Shown here in pieces: positions 1 through 9,386 of a DNA stretch of 64,000 nt. Origin of the DNA: Candidatus Heimdallarchaeum aukensis (GTDB lineage Archaea; Asgardarchaeota; Heimdallarchaeia; Heimdallarchaeales; Heimdallarchaeaceae). How positions within the stretch are numbered: position 1 is the stretch's first letter; every line of letters starts with the position of its first letter. Under the pieces are notes generated by a model. It had not been told where the DNA came from. It was given only the letters and a program-made list of their open reading frames with translations, and searched no databases. Position numbers and translations under genes: made by a program. The DNA lies in assembly GCA_021513695.1 (NCBI GenBank), contig CP084166.1, forward strand, positions 128,001 to 192,000, given 5' to 3'.

Positions 1-378
1 TATTGTATTTAATATATGAATGAAAGGATATAACACCATTACTGTATAGAAAATGATGTATGTTGCTAAAGTAGCATGTCCTGTCATCAAAGATATTATT
101 GAGATTGGTAAGTAAACCAATAAAAAAGCTCCTCCAACGCTAAAGGTAATGTATAAACTTTCAAAAATCACAGTTAAGAGTTTTACTTTACCTTTAGTTA
201 GATAGAACCCTACTGCTGTAAAAACTATAGAAACTACTAGAAAAATTCCACCTAACATAATAATTAAGTCAGAGAAACCTGTGTTACATTTTAACATATA
301 AATTGCGAGAGCTCCTATTAGAAAAATGTAGATTGAACTGTCCAAAAACTTTCTGTAAAAAGGTTTTGAACGTAACAT
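1..378 (-). CDS. Partial membrane protein (N-terminal 126 codons; gene runs off the left edge)
   Basis: Not in the supplied track because no stop falls inside the window. A reverse-strand ATG at 378-376 opens a stop-free frame to base 1: MLRSKPFYRKFLDSSIYIFLIGALAIYMLKCNTGFSDLIIMLGGIFLVVSIVFTAVGFYL... It contains several hydrophobic helix-length segments. Confidence 0.45.
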   Translation of the reverse strand, partial: MLRSKPFYRKFLDSSIYIFLIGALAIYMLKCNTGFSDLIIMLGGIFLVVSIVFTAVGFYLTKGKVKLLTVIFESLYITFSVGGAFLLVYLPISIISLMTGHATLATYIIFYTVMVLYPFIHILNTI

Positions 379-490
379 AAGACATATTATGCTTTTGGAC
401 ATTTATATATTTGACTAAAAAAGTAGCTGTTTTTGTGAAACTTGTTCAAAGACTTCTAAAAAAGGAAAATAGTGAAAAAAATAAAAATTT

Positions 491-1558
491 CTATGTTGGA
501 ACAGTAACTTTTTGTTCTTTGATTTTTCGTTTTGTTTTGAGTTGTTTGAATGTTTTATCTTTGTTGTAATAAGGAGATTTACTTAATAATACTGCTCTTG
601 CAATAGGTCTAAAGGGTATGATAAGCATCCGCATTAGCATTCTTTTTCTCTTGAACTCTTTTAGGAAATCTTCAAAGTTAAATCTCTGAAACTTTAAGAC
701 CCTTTGTGCTTCTTCTGTATCCATCCAATCGCAGTGGTAGTAATCGTCTTCAGTCTTAATAGGTTTAAAAGCTTCTTCAGGGAGCATGCCAATTCCCATA
801 GCGCCAAGCATTCCTCTGATATATTCGCTTTGTATCATCCTGTTTCCGTCTCCTCCTCCAATAAAGAATATCTTACTTATTGCTTCTTCATTTCCTACAG
901 CGTTGGCGCATGCTAAACCAACATCTCTAGTATCAACAACTTCAATTCTTTGTGTCAAAGGAATCTCAAACATTATTGGGGGGATCTTAAAAGAGATTTC
1001 AAAAGGTGTTACCACTCCAAAACGCAGGATAGTCCAATTTAACTTACTTTCAAGTAGGATGTTTTCAACTGTTATTTTGTGTGAAGCATAATTGTCATAG
1101 TTTAATGGTTCCAAAGGGTCTGTTACTTTTGTAGGCGGTGGATATTTCATCCTGTTTCCATGTACAGCAATAGAAGATGCATAAATAAATTGAATATTTT
1201 TATCATTCTTTTCTTGCTCTTTTTCTGCACACTCAATCAAACTCTTTGATCCTAATACATTTACAGAGAAGGCAAAATCTGGCTTTTCATAAGCTAGTGG
1301 TGGAATAATTGCAGCTAGATGAACTATAGTATCAACATCTTGAACTATTTTTTTTACTGTTTCTTTATCTCTAATATCTCCCCAGACTACTTCAAAACTT
1401 TTATTTTCTTTTTTTAACTGTCTATATAATTTTCTCTTAACTTCAACATTTCGTTGTGTTTTTACATCAAAAGCTCTAACTTCATACCCCTTTTTTATAA
1501 GTTCTAATAGAGCATTTTTTCCAACATTACCGAATGACCCTGTTAGTAATACTTTCAT
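491..1558 (-). CDS. NAD-dependent epimerase/dehydratase (extended SDR family)
   Basis: N-terminal Rossmann motif MKVLLTGSFGNVGKNALLELIKKGYEVRAFD, and the length is typical of the family. The track start at 1567 is TTG; the ATG at 1558 (MKVLLTG) is the more likely start. Confidence 0.8.
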   Translation of the reverse strand: MKVLLTGSFGNVGKNALLELIKKGYEVRAFDVKTQRNVEVKRKLYRQLKKENKSFEVVWGDIRDKETVKKIVQDVDTIVHLAAIIPPLAYEKPDFAFSVNVLGSKSLIECAEKEQEKNDKNIQFIYASSIAVHGNRMKYPPPTKVTDPLEPLNYDNYASHKITVENILLESKLNWTILRFGVVTPFEISFKIPPIMFEIPLTQRIEVVDTRDVGLACANAVGNEEAISKIFFIGGGDGNRMIQSEYIRGMLGAMGIGMLPEEAFKPIKTEDDYYHCDWMDTEEAQRVLKFQRFNFEDFLKEFKRKRMLMRMLIIPFRPIARAVLLSKSPYYNKDKTFKQLKTKRKIKEQKVTVPT

Positions 1559-1742
1559 TTTAACCAATTTACCATTGTTTTTAGTAGTAATAATCAGTTA
1601 GATTCAACCGTTTTTTTCAGAATATGAGAACTGTTTTTGGGAAAGATTTATATAATAGACTTAAAACAGCAGAATTTTAAAAACACTAAACTTAAGGCTT
1701 GTAACAGCCAAAATATTAAAAAAAAAGAAAATAGGTTAATTC

Positions 1743-2170
1743 TTATCTTCGTCTAAAGAGTTTTCTCCAAAATAAAATCTTAGTTTTAAGATTAATACTA
1801 CACATTGGCTCTTTTTCTATAATTTTTAATTCAAGGAGATCTTTATCAAAAGATTCGAAAATTCCAAGGTCAGAATATCCCCTTCCAATTTCTCCTTCGT
1901 ATTTTTTAATAAATTGTTCATGGAGCAGTAAAAACTATAATTATTCCTCTTTCTTCATCTGTTTTAAAGTATAATTTTAAATTAGTAAAAACTACTTTTT
2001 CTTTACTCTTGTTAACCAAAACTTTCTTTGGAATATGCATATAGAGCAGCTAAAAAGCTAGTTTGAAGGGTGTGATCGGGTCTCATCTTGCAAGTTTTTC
2101 CACCAAAACACTTGCTGTAATAAGGAATTCCACTTTTATCTAAAATAAAAATATCATCTGGTATAATTTT
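1743..2170 (-). pseudogene. Roadblock/longin-like gene disrupted by two frameshifts
   Basis: Three consecutive reverse-strand frames read as one roadblock-like domain: IFILDKSGIPYYSKCFGG...TLQTSFLAALYAYSKESFG* / (V)NKSKEKVVFTNLKLYFKTDEERGIIIVFTAP* / LLHEQFIKKYEGEIGRGYSDLGIFESFDKDLLELKIIEKE...*. Track ORF 2012-2233 covers only the first piece, and its 5' end overlaps the 2154-2702 gene. Confidence 0.4.
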
Positions 2171-2702
2171 CCATTTTCTCTTTTCGTGACTGCTTAGTAA
2201 CATTGCCTTTAGACAAAAGTTCACAAACATCAAGAGGACAATTTAAGCATACTTTAGCATTGTAATCAAATCTTTTTGAAGTAAATATTCTTTTTATGAT
2301 AAAAAAAGCGAATGTTACTGCAATTGGGATAACTATTCGATACCATAGTATCTTGTCAACGAAAGAATAAAAAATGCTTGAAAAAATAATATACATAGAA
2401 GAAGCAGAAGAAAAACCTAACAAAAAGCGTGCTATGTCTTTAATTATTCTTTTCATTTCAAAAAAAACTGTAAAAATTGTTGGAATAAAAGTTAAAATTA
2501 TAATTAATAGCAATGCAGGGACATCTAGAACTTTGTAAAAAGAGAAAGATAGGTAAAAAACTACCCCTATTGCTAATCCTGAATAAAAGTTTGTGCACCC
2601 TCTGCAGATTCTATATCCATTAATTATATATACATGATTAGCAAAAAATGAACAATTAGGGTGATGTGACCAAGTATCTTTATCTTTAGGAAGAAGTTTC
2701 AT
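2154..2702 (-). CDS. Polytopic membrane protein with N-terminal Cys motif (DUF2085-like)
   Basis: HHPNCSFFANHVYIINGYRICRGCTNFYSGLAIG matches the H..RSF...G...CxRCxGxY pattern of DUF2085 membrane proteins. It is followed by 4-5 hydrophobic helices and a C-terminal CLNCPLDVC. Confidence 0.6.
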   Translation of the reverse strand: MKLLPKDKDTWSHHPNCSFFANHVYIINGYRICRGCTNFYSGLAIGVVFYLSFSFYKVLDVPALLLIIILTFIPTIFTVFFEMKRIIKDIARFLLGFSSASSMYIIFSSIFYSFVDKILWYRIVIPIAVTFAFFIIKRIFTSKRFDYNAKVCLNCPLDVCELLSKGNVTKQSRKEKMENYTR

Positions 2703-2740
2703 CTACTATCTTATTTGATGGCAAAATTAAAATTGTTTGT

Positions 2741-3187
2741 TTGTTCGATATATTTTTATTGTTCACTATATTTTCCATTTTAATGAACTCCAACTCAAAG
2801 AAAAGTGATGAAAGCACAATAAAAAAAGAAAACAAACAAAGCAATGACGTTATAAACAAGGCCAAAAAAAGTGCTGGTAAGACTGCGGAGAAAAAATCAT
2901 ATGAAGAAAAAGAAGAACTACTAATTAGTGAACTTAAATCTGTTAACAGATCATGGATAAAAAACCCCTATTTGTTTTGGATTTGTTTAATCGCAGGTCC
3001 TGCGTGGTTTGTTGGAGCATTATTTGTACCACTAGAAAGCACATTGTTAAGTTGGATACAAGCTATTTTCTTTTTCTTAAGTGTTGGTTTCTCAATTCTG
3101 CCATTAAGTTACTTGTTTAATCTTCTATGGATAGAATTACTTAAAAAACAAGAAAAAAAAAGAATTAGTCAAAAATCAGAAGAATAA
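2741..3187 (+). CDS. Hypothetical membrane protein with a Lys/Glu-rich linker
   Basis: The ORF has a TTG start (alternative ATG at 2783). It has a hydrophobic N-terminus, a charged low-complexity middle and two C-terminal TM helices (LFWICLIAGPAWFVGALFV, AIFFFLSVGFSILPLSYLF). Confidence 0.5.
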   Translation: MFDIFLLFTIFSILMNSNSKKSDESTIKKENKQSNDVINKAKKSAGKTAEKKSYEEKEELLISELKSVNRSWIKNPYLFWICLIAGPAWFVGALFVPLESTLLSWIQAIFFFLSVGFSILPLSYLFNLLWIELLKKQEKKRISQKSEE

Positions 3188-3298
3188 ACATAAAAATCTT
3201 TATTCTTCAATGTCTTACTAATATTCTTAAATTCTTTTATTAAATAAATAATAAATAATTTGCATATATTTATTAATGTCTGTTTAAAATTCACCTTT

Positions 3299-6200
3299 AT
3301 GAGTATAAAAAGCAAAAAAATTTTTTTGTCTTTTATTATTATTATGTTTATTACTTTAACAATAAATAGTGTAAAAGCTGAAGAGCAAGCAGCTCCTATT
3401 TTATATACGAAGTATTCTTCTTACACCAATATAGTTGAGTCAGTTTTTGACGAGAATAATCAAATGCATATTTTTCTCGGTCGTTCAGATGAATTTAATT
3501 ATAAAATCTTACATATCTTTAATGGAGAAGCGATACTCATTGATGCTGGTGTAAATAACATAGAAAGATTTTTCAAAGCAAAAATCTTCCCTGGAGGAGT
3601 TGCATTATTCTATTTAGATCACGATATTACAAAAGGAGATACATTATACTATTATTATTATTTCATAAATAACGGTTCACATGGCCTCAAGGTAATAACA
3701 AAATCAGGATTAGCATCTAATTATAAAATCAATATATTTCAGGATAACTCCAGATTTACAATTATTACTTCGTATAGTATTTCCTATTATACAAGTGCAA
3801 TAAAAAGCTTTAACTGCAGTTTTAGCGGAGAAATTTTAGACTCTGAAAGTTATGATGTTGAAGTCTCAATTTACAAGATAAAAGGATTCGTCTTTCAGAA
3901 TGAAAAAATATTCTTTTATTTTTACAAAGATGTTTATAACGCTAGTGCTTACCTCTCTTTTCTCTATGTTCAAGGGATAAACGAAAATGGACATATTTTC
4001 AATTCGAGCGTAATTGAATATCCTAATAGTTATTCAGAAACAATTATAACGCAAGGAATCAAAAAAGATTTTTATATCCAAACTATACAAGATGGTCAAA
4101 TTTTTTATTATTCTTTTAATGAAAATGAGACTTTTAGTTTCAGTGACTATAATTCTGCAGATTTTTATATTTACTATTATAACGAATATTCTATCGAGTA
4201 CACAGGTAATTGGATAAACACGACTTTCATAGAGTATGAATACATGTATTATAGTGACTTCTCTTATTCTTCAACTATTAACATTTTAGCTATCGTTACT
4301 TCATATAATTCAGAACAAATGTTGTTTGCAAAATTTGAAAAAACTATAACTTTTCAAGAAAGCTTTTTCCAATACTCAGTAGACATTGCTCTCGATGGTC
4401 CTTATTATTATATGTTTATTGCCACTAAAAGTACTGAAAAAATCCACTTTAATGAAACTGAAGTTTTAGGATTATATGTTCTCACAGATGATCCTAATTT
4501 TGTTCCACCTAAAGAACCAATATACTATGAAATCAAGCATATCTCCAATTTTACCTATTTCATGAAAAATTATTGGTGGACCCTTTTAATCGGTTTCGGT
4601 TTCATTGGTGGAATGTACGGTATTTTCCACAAGAGGATTAATAAGTCAATTCGCAAAATGAAAAAATTCCTGTTAAGACCTGTTGTGGACAATGTTTCTA
4701 CTGCTAAACTAATTTTAATCAACATTTGGCTATTTTTCTTTAATACTTATAGTTTAGTTCTTTCTTTGTGGAGAGTTAATAAAAAAAGACTAATAATAAA
4801 CATTCTTGGTCTTTCAATTCTTGCGTTTGTTCTGATAAACACTTCAGTACTTTATAATTCAGAACAGGCAACTGTTCTTCAGAAATATTTTGACAACCAT
4901 GACTTTGGTTCTAATTATGATACTTCTGTAGATTTTACAAAGACATTTATTGAACAATCAAAAACCGCTGAAAATATTTCCTTAATTAATGAAAATTATA
5001 CTTTATTAGCTGCAGAAGATATAATGAAATCTTTGAAACAAAAAGCTCCTACTTTAGCTTCCTTAATAGTTGATTATCAACTAACCAGTTTAATTACTAT
5101 CACAGGTTCAAACGTTACTTACGGAAATGAAGATATTCAATATTATTCAATAAACTCAAGCTATAATTTTGTTTTACAATCACTACTAGTTAATGGTACT
5201 TTGCCTAATAAAAAAGGAGAAGTAATTGTTTCTAGTAGTGTTGCTGAATATTATGACTTTCAAGTGGGTGAAGTAATACAATTTCAAGCAGTAAGCTATA
5301 AAGGTGCTTTCCTAAATTATGATGTAGTCAACCTAACTGTTTCTGGAATTTTTTCTAGTATTGGTTACAATACTTTGCGACAACTATGCGCAGATAATGA
5401 TCTACCATTTGATCCTGTTAGATATCTTACCTCTAACATGTTTTCAGCTATCGCTTTTAACAAATACTTCTTAAAAAATCTAGAAAATATCTCTTTAGGA
5501 CAACTAACCTTGTACGGAGATTTAGAGTTTATTTATGACTTTTCTTCGCTTGATCTAGAATCCTTTGAAAAACTAGTTGAAGAATATGAGTATTTAACTG
5601 AAAATCCTACTCAATACTTTAAATTTGATCCCAATGGTACCTGGTCATTAAGTTACGAGTTACGATATGTTATAATATATTTCCAATATGACCTAATAAT
5701 CATGCGGTTTTTAATCTATTTACTAACAATACCTATAGTCTTCTTAGCTTTATTTTTATTAAGTGAAGTTAACTCTATCTTTGCTTCAAGTTTTAAACAA
5801 GAGATAGAAATATTACAATCCCAAGGATTATCTGTTGGAAGAATAACTTTCATTTATTCTTCAATGAAATTCGGAGAGTCAGTTGTTGGAACAGTATTTG
5901 GACTTCTTGGAACATTTATATTTACACCAATTCTTTTAAAAGTTGATAAATTTCTACAATTTACGAACCCAATTTATCATTTTACTTTAAAGGGTAGCTT
6001 ATCTACAATTTTCATAACCTTTTTTGCTTTAATCATAGCTTCTCTCCCTCGAATTATTAGATTGGCAAAACAATCTGAAAAGAAACAAAAAGAACCAAGA
6101 AGATTTGTAACTCTAATAAAACGATTAAGAATACATTACTTTTTAGTCGTTATTTTTGGCGGAATTATTGCTTTCGGGGGATATTATTTAGCTGCTATTT

Positions 6201-7579
6201 TCACTTGGGTTTTTGAAGATTCATTTACTTCTCTCCTTGCTGTTTTTGTCAGCTTAATGGGAATAGGAGCTATGATTTCTATTTTCGGTATCGGATTAAT
6301 AATCAGAGAATTACATAATCTTCTCCTCATAATAGTCAGTAAATTGTCTTGGAAAGTTAAGAAATCTATAGGTTCCTTTTCATTAATTGAAGTTCGTTCT
6401 GATGCTAAGTTATTTACAAATACCTTTTTCTCATTTCTACTAATAATAGCTTTTGTAGTCCCTTCAATTATTGTTCCTTTGGCAATACAGGACCATTTCG
6501 TAAATATATCTTATTTCTCTTCTGGATCAGATGTTTATATTTCTAGCTGGTCTCTGTATAATGCTTCTAAGTCAAATATTACTTCTTACGATGAAGTAGT
6601 AAGTGTTGCTAATATTAGTGTTATAGAAACTACATATGGAGAACTCAACTTCCGTTTTCTAGTAATAGATAATTTAACAGAGTTCCGTTCTACAATATAC
6701 GATGTTCCAAAATACATAATGCCTGATTTTGATGAACTTCTATCCAAATTAGAACAAAATGATACTATGCTAGTAAGTAAGTTGTTTAACAAAGTTTTTC
6801 TTTCTCCTGAAACTTTTACCTTCACATCAGCTAATGAATCACTCAATAAAGAAATTCGAGTTGGAGGAGAGTTTACATACTTCCCTATCTTTTTCTTTGG
6901 CGATCGGTGGTTAAACGATAATTTTGAAATTTATTATTACGATTACATATGGTTTACTTTTCATATTGTCTTGACAAATCAAACTTTTACAGAAATCAAA
7001 GAAACTTTGAAAACACCTACTGTAGTTGTTGATAGACTCTTAATCAAACTTAAACCTAATTCTAATCCCATTAAATTTACTGAAAAAATTAAAAGAGATC
7101 TAAATATTGATTCAAGAAGTACGAAAGAACTAGCTGACTCAACTCTGTTTCAAGCCTATCCTTTCTATAGTGTTTTAACTTCGATGTTTGTTTATACAAT
7201 ACTAATGAGTATATTTGCAGTTGCTTTTATCAGTCTGAGTAATCCTTTGAAACTCTTGATACAGAAATCATCAAAGAATGACATTTTAAGAAAACTGGGT
7301 GTAAGGGTGAATAGAATTATTAACATATCTGCTTTTGAAATCTTTGTTTCAAGTTTTATACCTGGGATGATTCTTGGAGGACTTAGTGCCTACGGATTGT
7401 ATGTATTTTTCAAATACATTTTTATTGACTTTGGTTGGCGCGGTCTACCATACAAGAGTTACATGTTCTTCCCTGTTACTGGCGTTGTTATAGGCATATT
7501 TGGAGCATTATATTATGTCATCTTCTACTTCTCTATGAAGATGAATTTCTATAAATATAGACCTAGAAATTTGGAGTGA
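3299..7579 (+). CDS. Giant MacB/FtsX-type ABC permease (two FtsX modules plus ~430-aa N-terminal ectodomain), locus 1
   Basis: Signal/anchor MSIKSKKIFLSFIIIMFITLTINSVKA. The ectodomain is rich in Tyr/Phe/Asn with many N-x-S/T sequons. There are two MacB-like units: TM RLIINILGLSILAFVLINTSVL, FtsX-like EIEILQSQGLSVGRITFIY... and, near the C-terminus, ILRKLGVRVNRIINISAFEIFVSSFIPGMILGG. The stop overlaps the ATPase start. The track start at 3260 is TTG; the ATG at 3299 is preferred. Confidence 0.8.
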   Translation: MSIKSKKIFLSFIIIMFITLTINSVKAEEQAAPILYTKYSSYTNIVESVFDENNQMHIFLGRSDEFNYKILHIFNGEAILIDAGVNNIERFFKAKIFPGGVALFYLDHDITKGDTLYYYYYFINNGSHGLKVITKSGLASNYKINIFQDNSRFTIITSYSISYYTSAIKSFNCSFSGEILDSESYDVEVSIYKIKGFVFQNEKIFFYFYKDVYNASAYLSFLYVQGINENGHIFNSSVIEYPNSYSETIITQGIKKDFYIQTIQDGQIFYYSFNENETFSFSDYNSADFYIYYYNEYSIEYTGNWINTTFIEYEYMYYSDFSYSSTINILAIVTSYNSEQMLFAKFEKTITFQESFFQYSVDIALDGPYYYMFIATKSTEKIHFNETEVLGLYVLTDDPNFVPPKEPIYYEIKHISNFTYFMKNYWWTLLIGFGFIGGMYGIFHKRINKSIRKMKKFLLRPVVDNVSTAKLILINIWLFFFNTYSLVLSLWRVNKKRLIINILGLSILAFVLINTSVLYNSEQATVLQKYFDNHDFGSNYDTSVDFTKTFIEQSKTAENISLINENYTLLAAEDIMKSLKQKAPTLASLIVDYQLTSLITITGSNVTYGNEDIQYYSINSSYNFVLQSLLVNGTLPNKKGEVIVSSSVAEYYDFQVGEVIQFQAVSYKGAFLNYDVVNLTVSGIFSSIGYNTLRQLCADNDLPFDPVRYLTSNMFSAIAFNKYFLKNLENISLGQLTLYGDLEFIYDFSSLDLESFEKLVEEYEYLTENPTQYFKFDPNGTWSLSYELRYVIIYFQYDLIIMRFLIYLLTIPIVFLALFLLSEVNSIFASSFKQEIEILQSQGLSVGRITFIYSSMKFGESVVGTVFGLLGTFIFTPILLKVDKFLQFTNPIYHFTLKGSLSTIFITFFALIIASLPRIIRLAKQSEKKQKEPRRFVTLIKRLRIHYFLVVIFGGIIAFGGYYLAAIFTWVFEDSFTSLLAVFVSLMGIGAMISIFGIGLIIRELHNLLLIIVSKLSWKVKKSIGSFSLIEVRSDAKLFTNTFFSFLLIIAFVVPSIIVPLAIQDHFVNISYFSSGSDVYISSWSLYNASKSNITSYDEVVSVANISVIETTYGELNFRFLVIDNLTEFRSTIYDVPKYIMPDFDELLSKLEQNDTMLVSKLFNKVFLSPETFTFTSANESLNKEIRVGGEFTYFPIFFFGDRWLNDNFEIYYYDYIWFTFHIVLTNQTFTEIKETLKTPTVVVDRLLIKLKPNSNPIKFTEKIKRDLNIDSRSTKELADSTLFQAYPFYSVLTSMFVYTILMSIFAVAFISLSNPLKLLIQKSSKNDILRKLGVRVNRIINISAFEIFVSSFIPGMILGGLSAYGLYVFFKYIFIDFGWRGLPYKSYMFFPVTGVVIGIFGALYYVIFYFSMKMNFYKYRPRNLE

Positions 7580-9333
7580 TAAAAGTGATACAAGCTGATG
7601 ATTTATTAAAAGTATATTATGACCCTATTACTGAATACAAAGTTGCTGCTTTAAGAGGGTTATCTCTTGATATTAAAGAAGGTCAGTTAGTTAGTATAAT
7701 AGGCCCTTCTGGTTCAGGTAAAACAACCTTAATTAACATTTTAGCCGGACTTGATGTTCCTACAGGTGGAAGAGTAATTGTTAAGGGTCAACAATTAGAT
7801 AAAATGACAGAAAGAGAAAGAAGAGAGTTTAGGTATTATAATATTGGTTTAATTAATCAGTTTATAAGCCAGAACTTGTTTCCAAGACTCACTGTAATAG
7901 AAAATCTGATGATACCTAAACGTATGTTTTGTCTTCCTCATGAAACAGCTAAAAAAGAAGTAGAAGAGTTACTCGAACTTTTGAGATTAAAGCATATAGC
8001 AAAGAATAATGTAGAAAAAATATCTGGAGGAGAAGCAATTCGGTTGTCTCTTGGAGTAGCCTTAGCAAAGAATCCTGATATTTTGTTGTGTGACGAACCT
8101 ACAGGTCAATTAGACAATATGCATACTAAAGAAGTAGTTGAAACTATTAAAGATGTAAATATTACCATGGGTAAAACAATACTTGTAGTTACCCACGATA
8201 TTCGCTTTAGGACTGTTTTTGAACGAAGTTTCATCATTCGTGATGGCCGTCTTGCTGGAATTAGTGTGGATATTAATAGGAATCAACTAGAATTTCTTAT
8301 GGAATCTTCTGAAATGAAGAGATCTTATGTAGACCCTTCTAATTTCGCTAGAATTCCAGATGAAATAAAACGCAGTTTAGGCATTAAAGACACTGTTGAA
8401 TATGATCTTCATCCTTCGAAAAAGATTGGTTTAATTTGGAATCCTGATTTGATAACTAGAGAAGATATTTTCCACATATTAAACAACCCAGAAGAAGAGT
8501 ATGAAGAGACAGTAGATCAAATAAGCTATGAAGATGTAGAACCTATTCTCTCTCGAAGTTTTGTACCTCCTGAAAAAGAAGAACCTATTATTAAAATAAG
8601 TAATTTGAAGAAAGGATATCCTTCTCCAGCTGGATATAATCTTGTACTAAAGGGTATTAACTTATCAATTAATAAAGGAGATTTTGTTTTTATTTCTGGT
8701 CCCAGTGGAGTAGGTAAGACTACGCTCTTTAATTGTATTTCAGGATTAGATAAGATTGATGATGGACATGTAGAAATAATGGGTTTTGATATCAAAAACC
8801 AACCAGAACCTCTTATTTCTGATTTTAGATTAAAGCACATATCTTATATCACTCAGCACAATAACCTTTTTGAACCGCTATTAGTTGAAGATAACCTTTT
8901 CTTACCTTATTTGTTTTTAGGAGAGAAGATAGATATAGATTATGCCAAAAAAATAATGAAAGAATGCTTTATTGATCATAAAATTAAGTCTTACCCTGAT
9001 GAACTTTCTGCAGGAGAAAAACAACGTGCAGCACTAGCTACTAGTTTGGCAAGGAAAACATCTATCCTTATTGCTGATGAACCCACTGCTAATCTTAATT
9101 CTGAACTTGCCCGTTCAATAATTAATCTTTTTATGGATATATCTAAGCTAGAGCAAAAAACAGTTATTATCTGTTCTCATGATTTGAGTTTATTACGTCC
9201 AGGATTTAGACATATTCGTCTATCAGATGGTCAGATAGCGGAAGATTATCGTGTAACAAAAGAGCAATTACAAGAGATTATTACAGAATACCTTAGCATT
9301 CAAAAGAACAAAAAAAATGAATCTATTACGTAA
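7576..9333 (+). CDS. ABC transporter ATPase with two fused NBDs, locus 1
   Basis: NBD1: Walker A GPSGSGKTT, signature ISGGEAIRLS, Walker B ILLCDEPT, H-loop VVTHD. NBD2: GPSGVGKTT, LSAGEKQRAA, ILIADEPT, ICSHD. A ~110-aa inter-NBD linker contains ARIPDEIKRSLGIKDTVEYDL (AbrB/SpoVT-like pattern). The GTG at 7576 overlaps the permease stop; an alternative GTG lies at 7585. Confidence 0.9.
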   Translation: MIKVIQADDLLKVYYDPITEYKVAALRGLSLDIKEGQLVSIIGPSGSGKTTLINILAGLDVPTGGRVIVKGQQLDKMTERERREFRYYNIGLINQFISQNLFPRLTVIENLMIPKRMFCLPHETAKKEVEELLELLRLKHIAKNNVEKISGGEAIRLSLGVALAKNPDILLCDEPTGQLDNMHTKEVVETIKDVNITMGKTILVVTHDIRFRTVFERSFIIRDGRLAGISVDINRNQLEFLMESSEMKRSYVDPSNFARIPDEIKRSLGIKDTVEYDLHPSKKIGLIWNPDLITREDIFHILNNPEEEYEETVDQISYEDVEPILSRSFVPPEKEEPIIKISNLKKGYPSPAGYNLVLKGINLSINKGDFVFISGPSGVGKTTLFNCISGLDKIDDGHVEIMGFDIKNQPEPLISDFRLKHISYITQHNNLFEPLLVEDNLFLPYLFLGEKIDIDYAKKIMKECFIDHKIKSYPDELSAGEKQRAALATSLARKTSILIADEPTANLNSELARSIINLFMDISKLEQKTVIICSHDLSLLRPGFRHIRLSDGQIAEDYRVTKEQLQEIITEYLSIQKNKKNESIT

Positions 9334-9335
9334 AA

Positions 9336-9359
9336 TTGTTTTTTTTTAGAAATTTTTTT
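9336..9359 (+). terminator. Oligo-T tracts after the ABC ATPase (candidate archaeal terminator)
   Basis: T9 (9339-9347) and T7 (9353-9359) runs lie immediately 3' of the stop at 9333. Archaeal RNA polymerase terminates at oligo-T. Confidence 0.3.
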
Positions 9360-9386
9360 ATCTTTCTTTATTATTCATAATATACT

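Noticed and set aside
704-1091. Two + strand ORFs (70 and 101 aa) inside the epimerase gene
   Set aside because: They are antisense to a well-supported SDR gene and have no motifs. The same reasoning applies to other antisense track ORFs, for example 6586-6846, 8526-8840, 10838-11815, 14936-15286, 21712-23016, 23135-23359, 27442-27669, 29991-30188, 32438-32641, 33720-33917, 36273-36824, 38327-39116, 40386-40574, 48402-48617, 58999-59238 and 61168-62104.
2012-2233. Track ORF called as an intact 73-aa gene
   Set aside because: Its first ~25 codons overlap the 3' end of the DUF2085-like gene in another frame. The roadblock-like part continues past its stop in two other frames, so I treat it as a piece of the pseudogene at 1743-2170.
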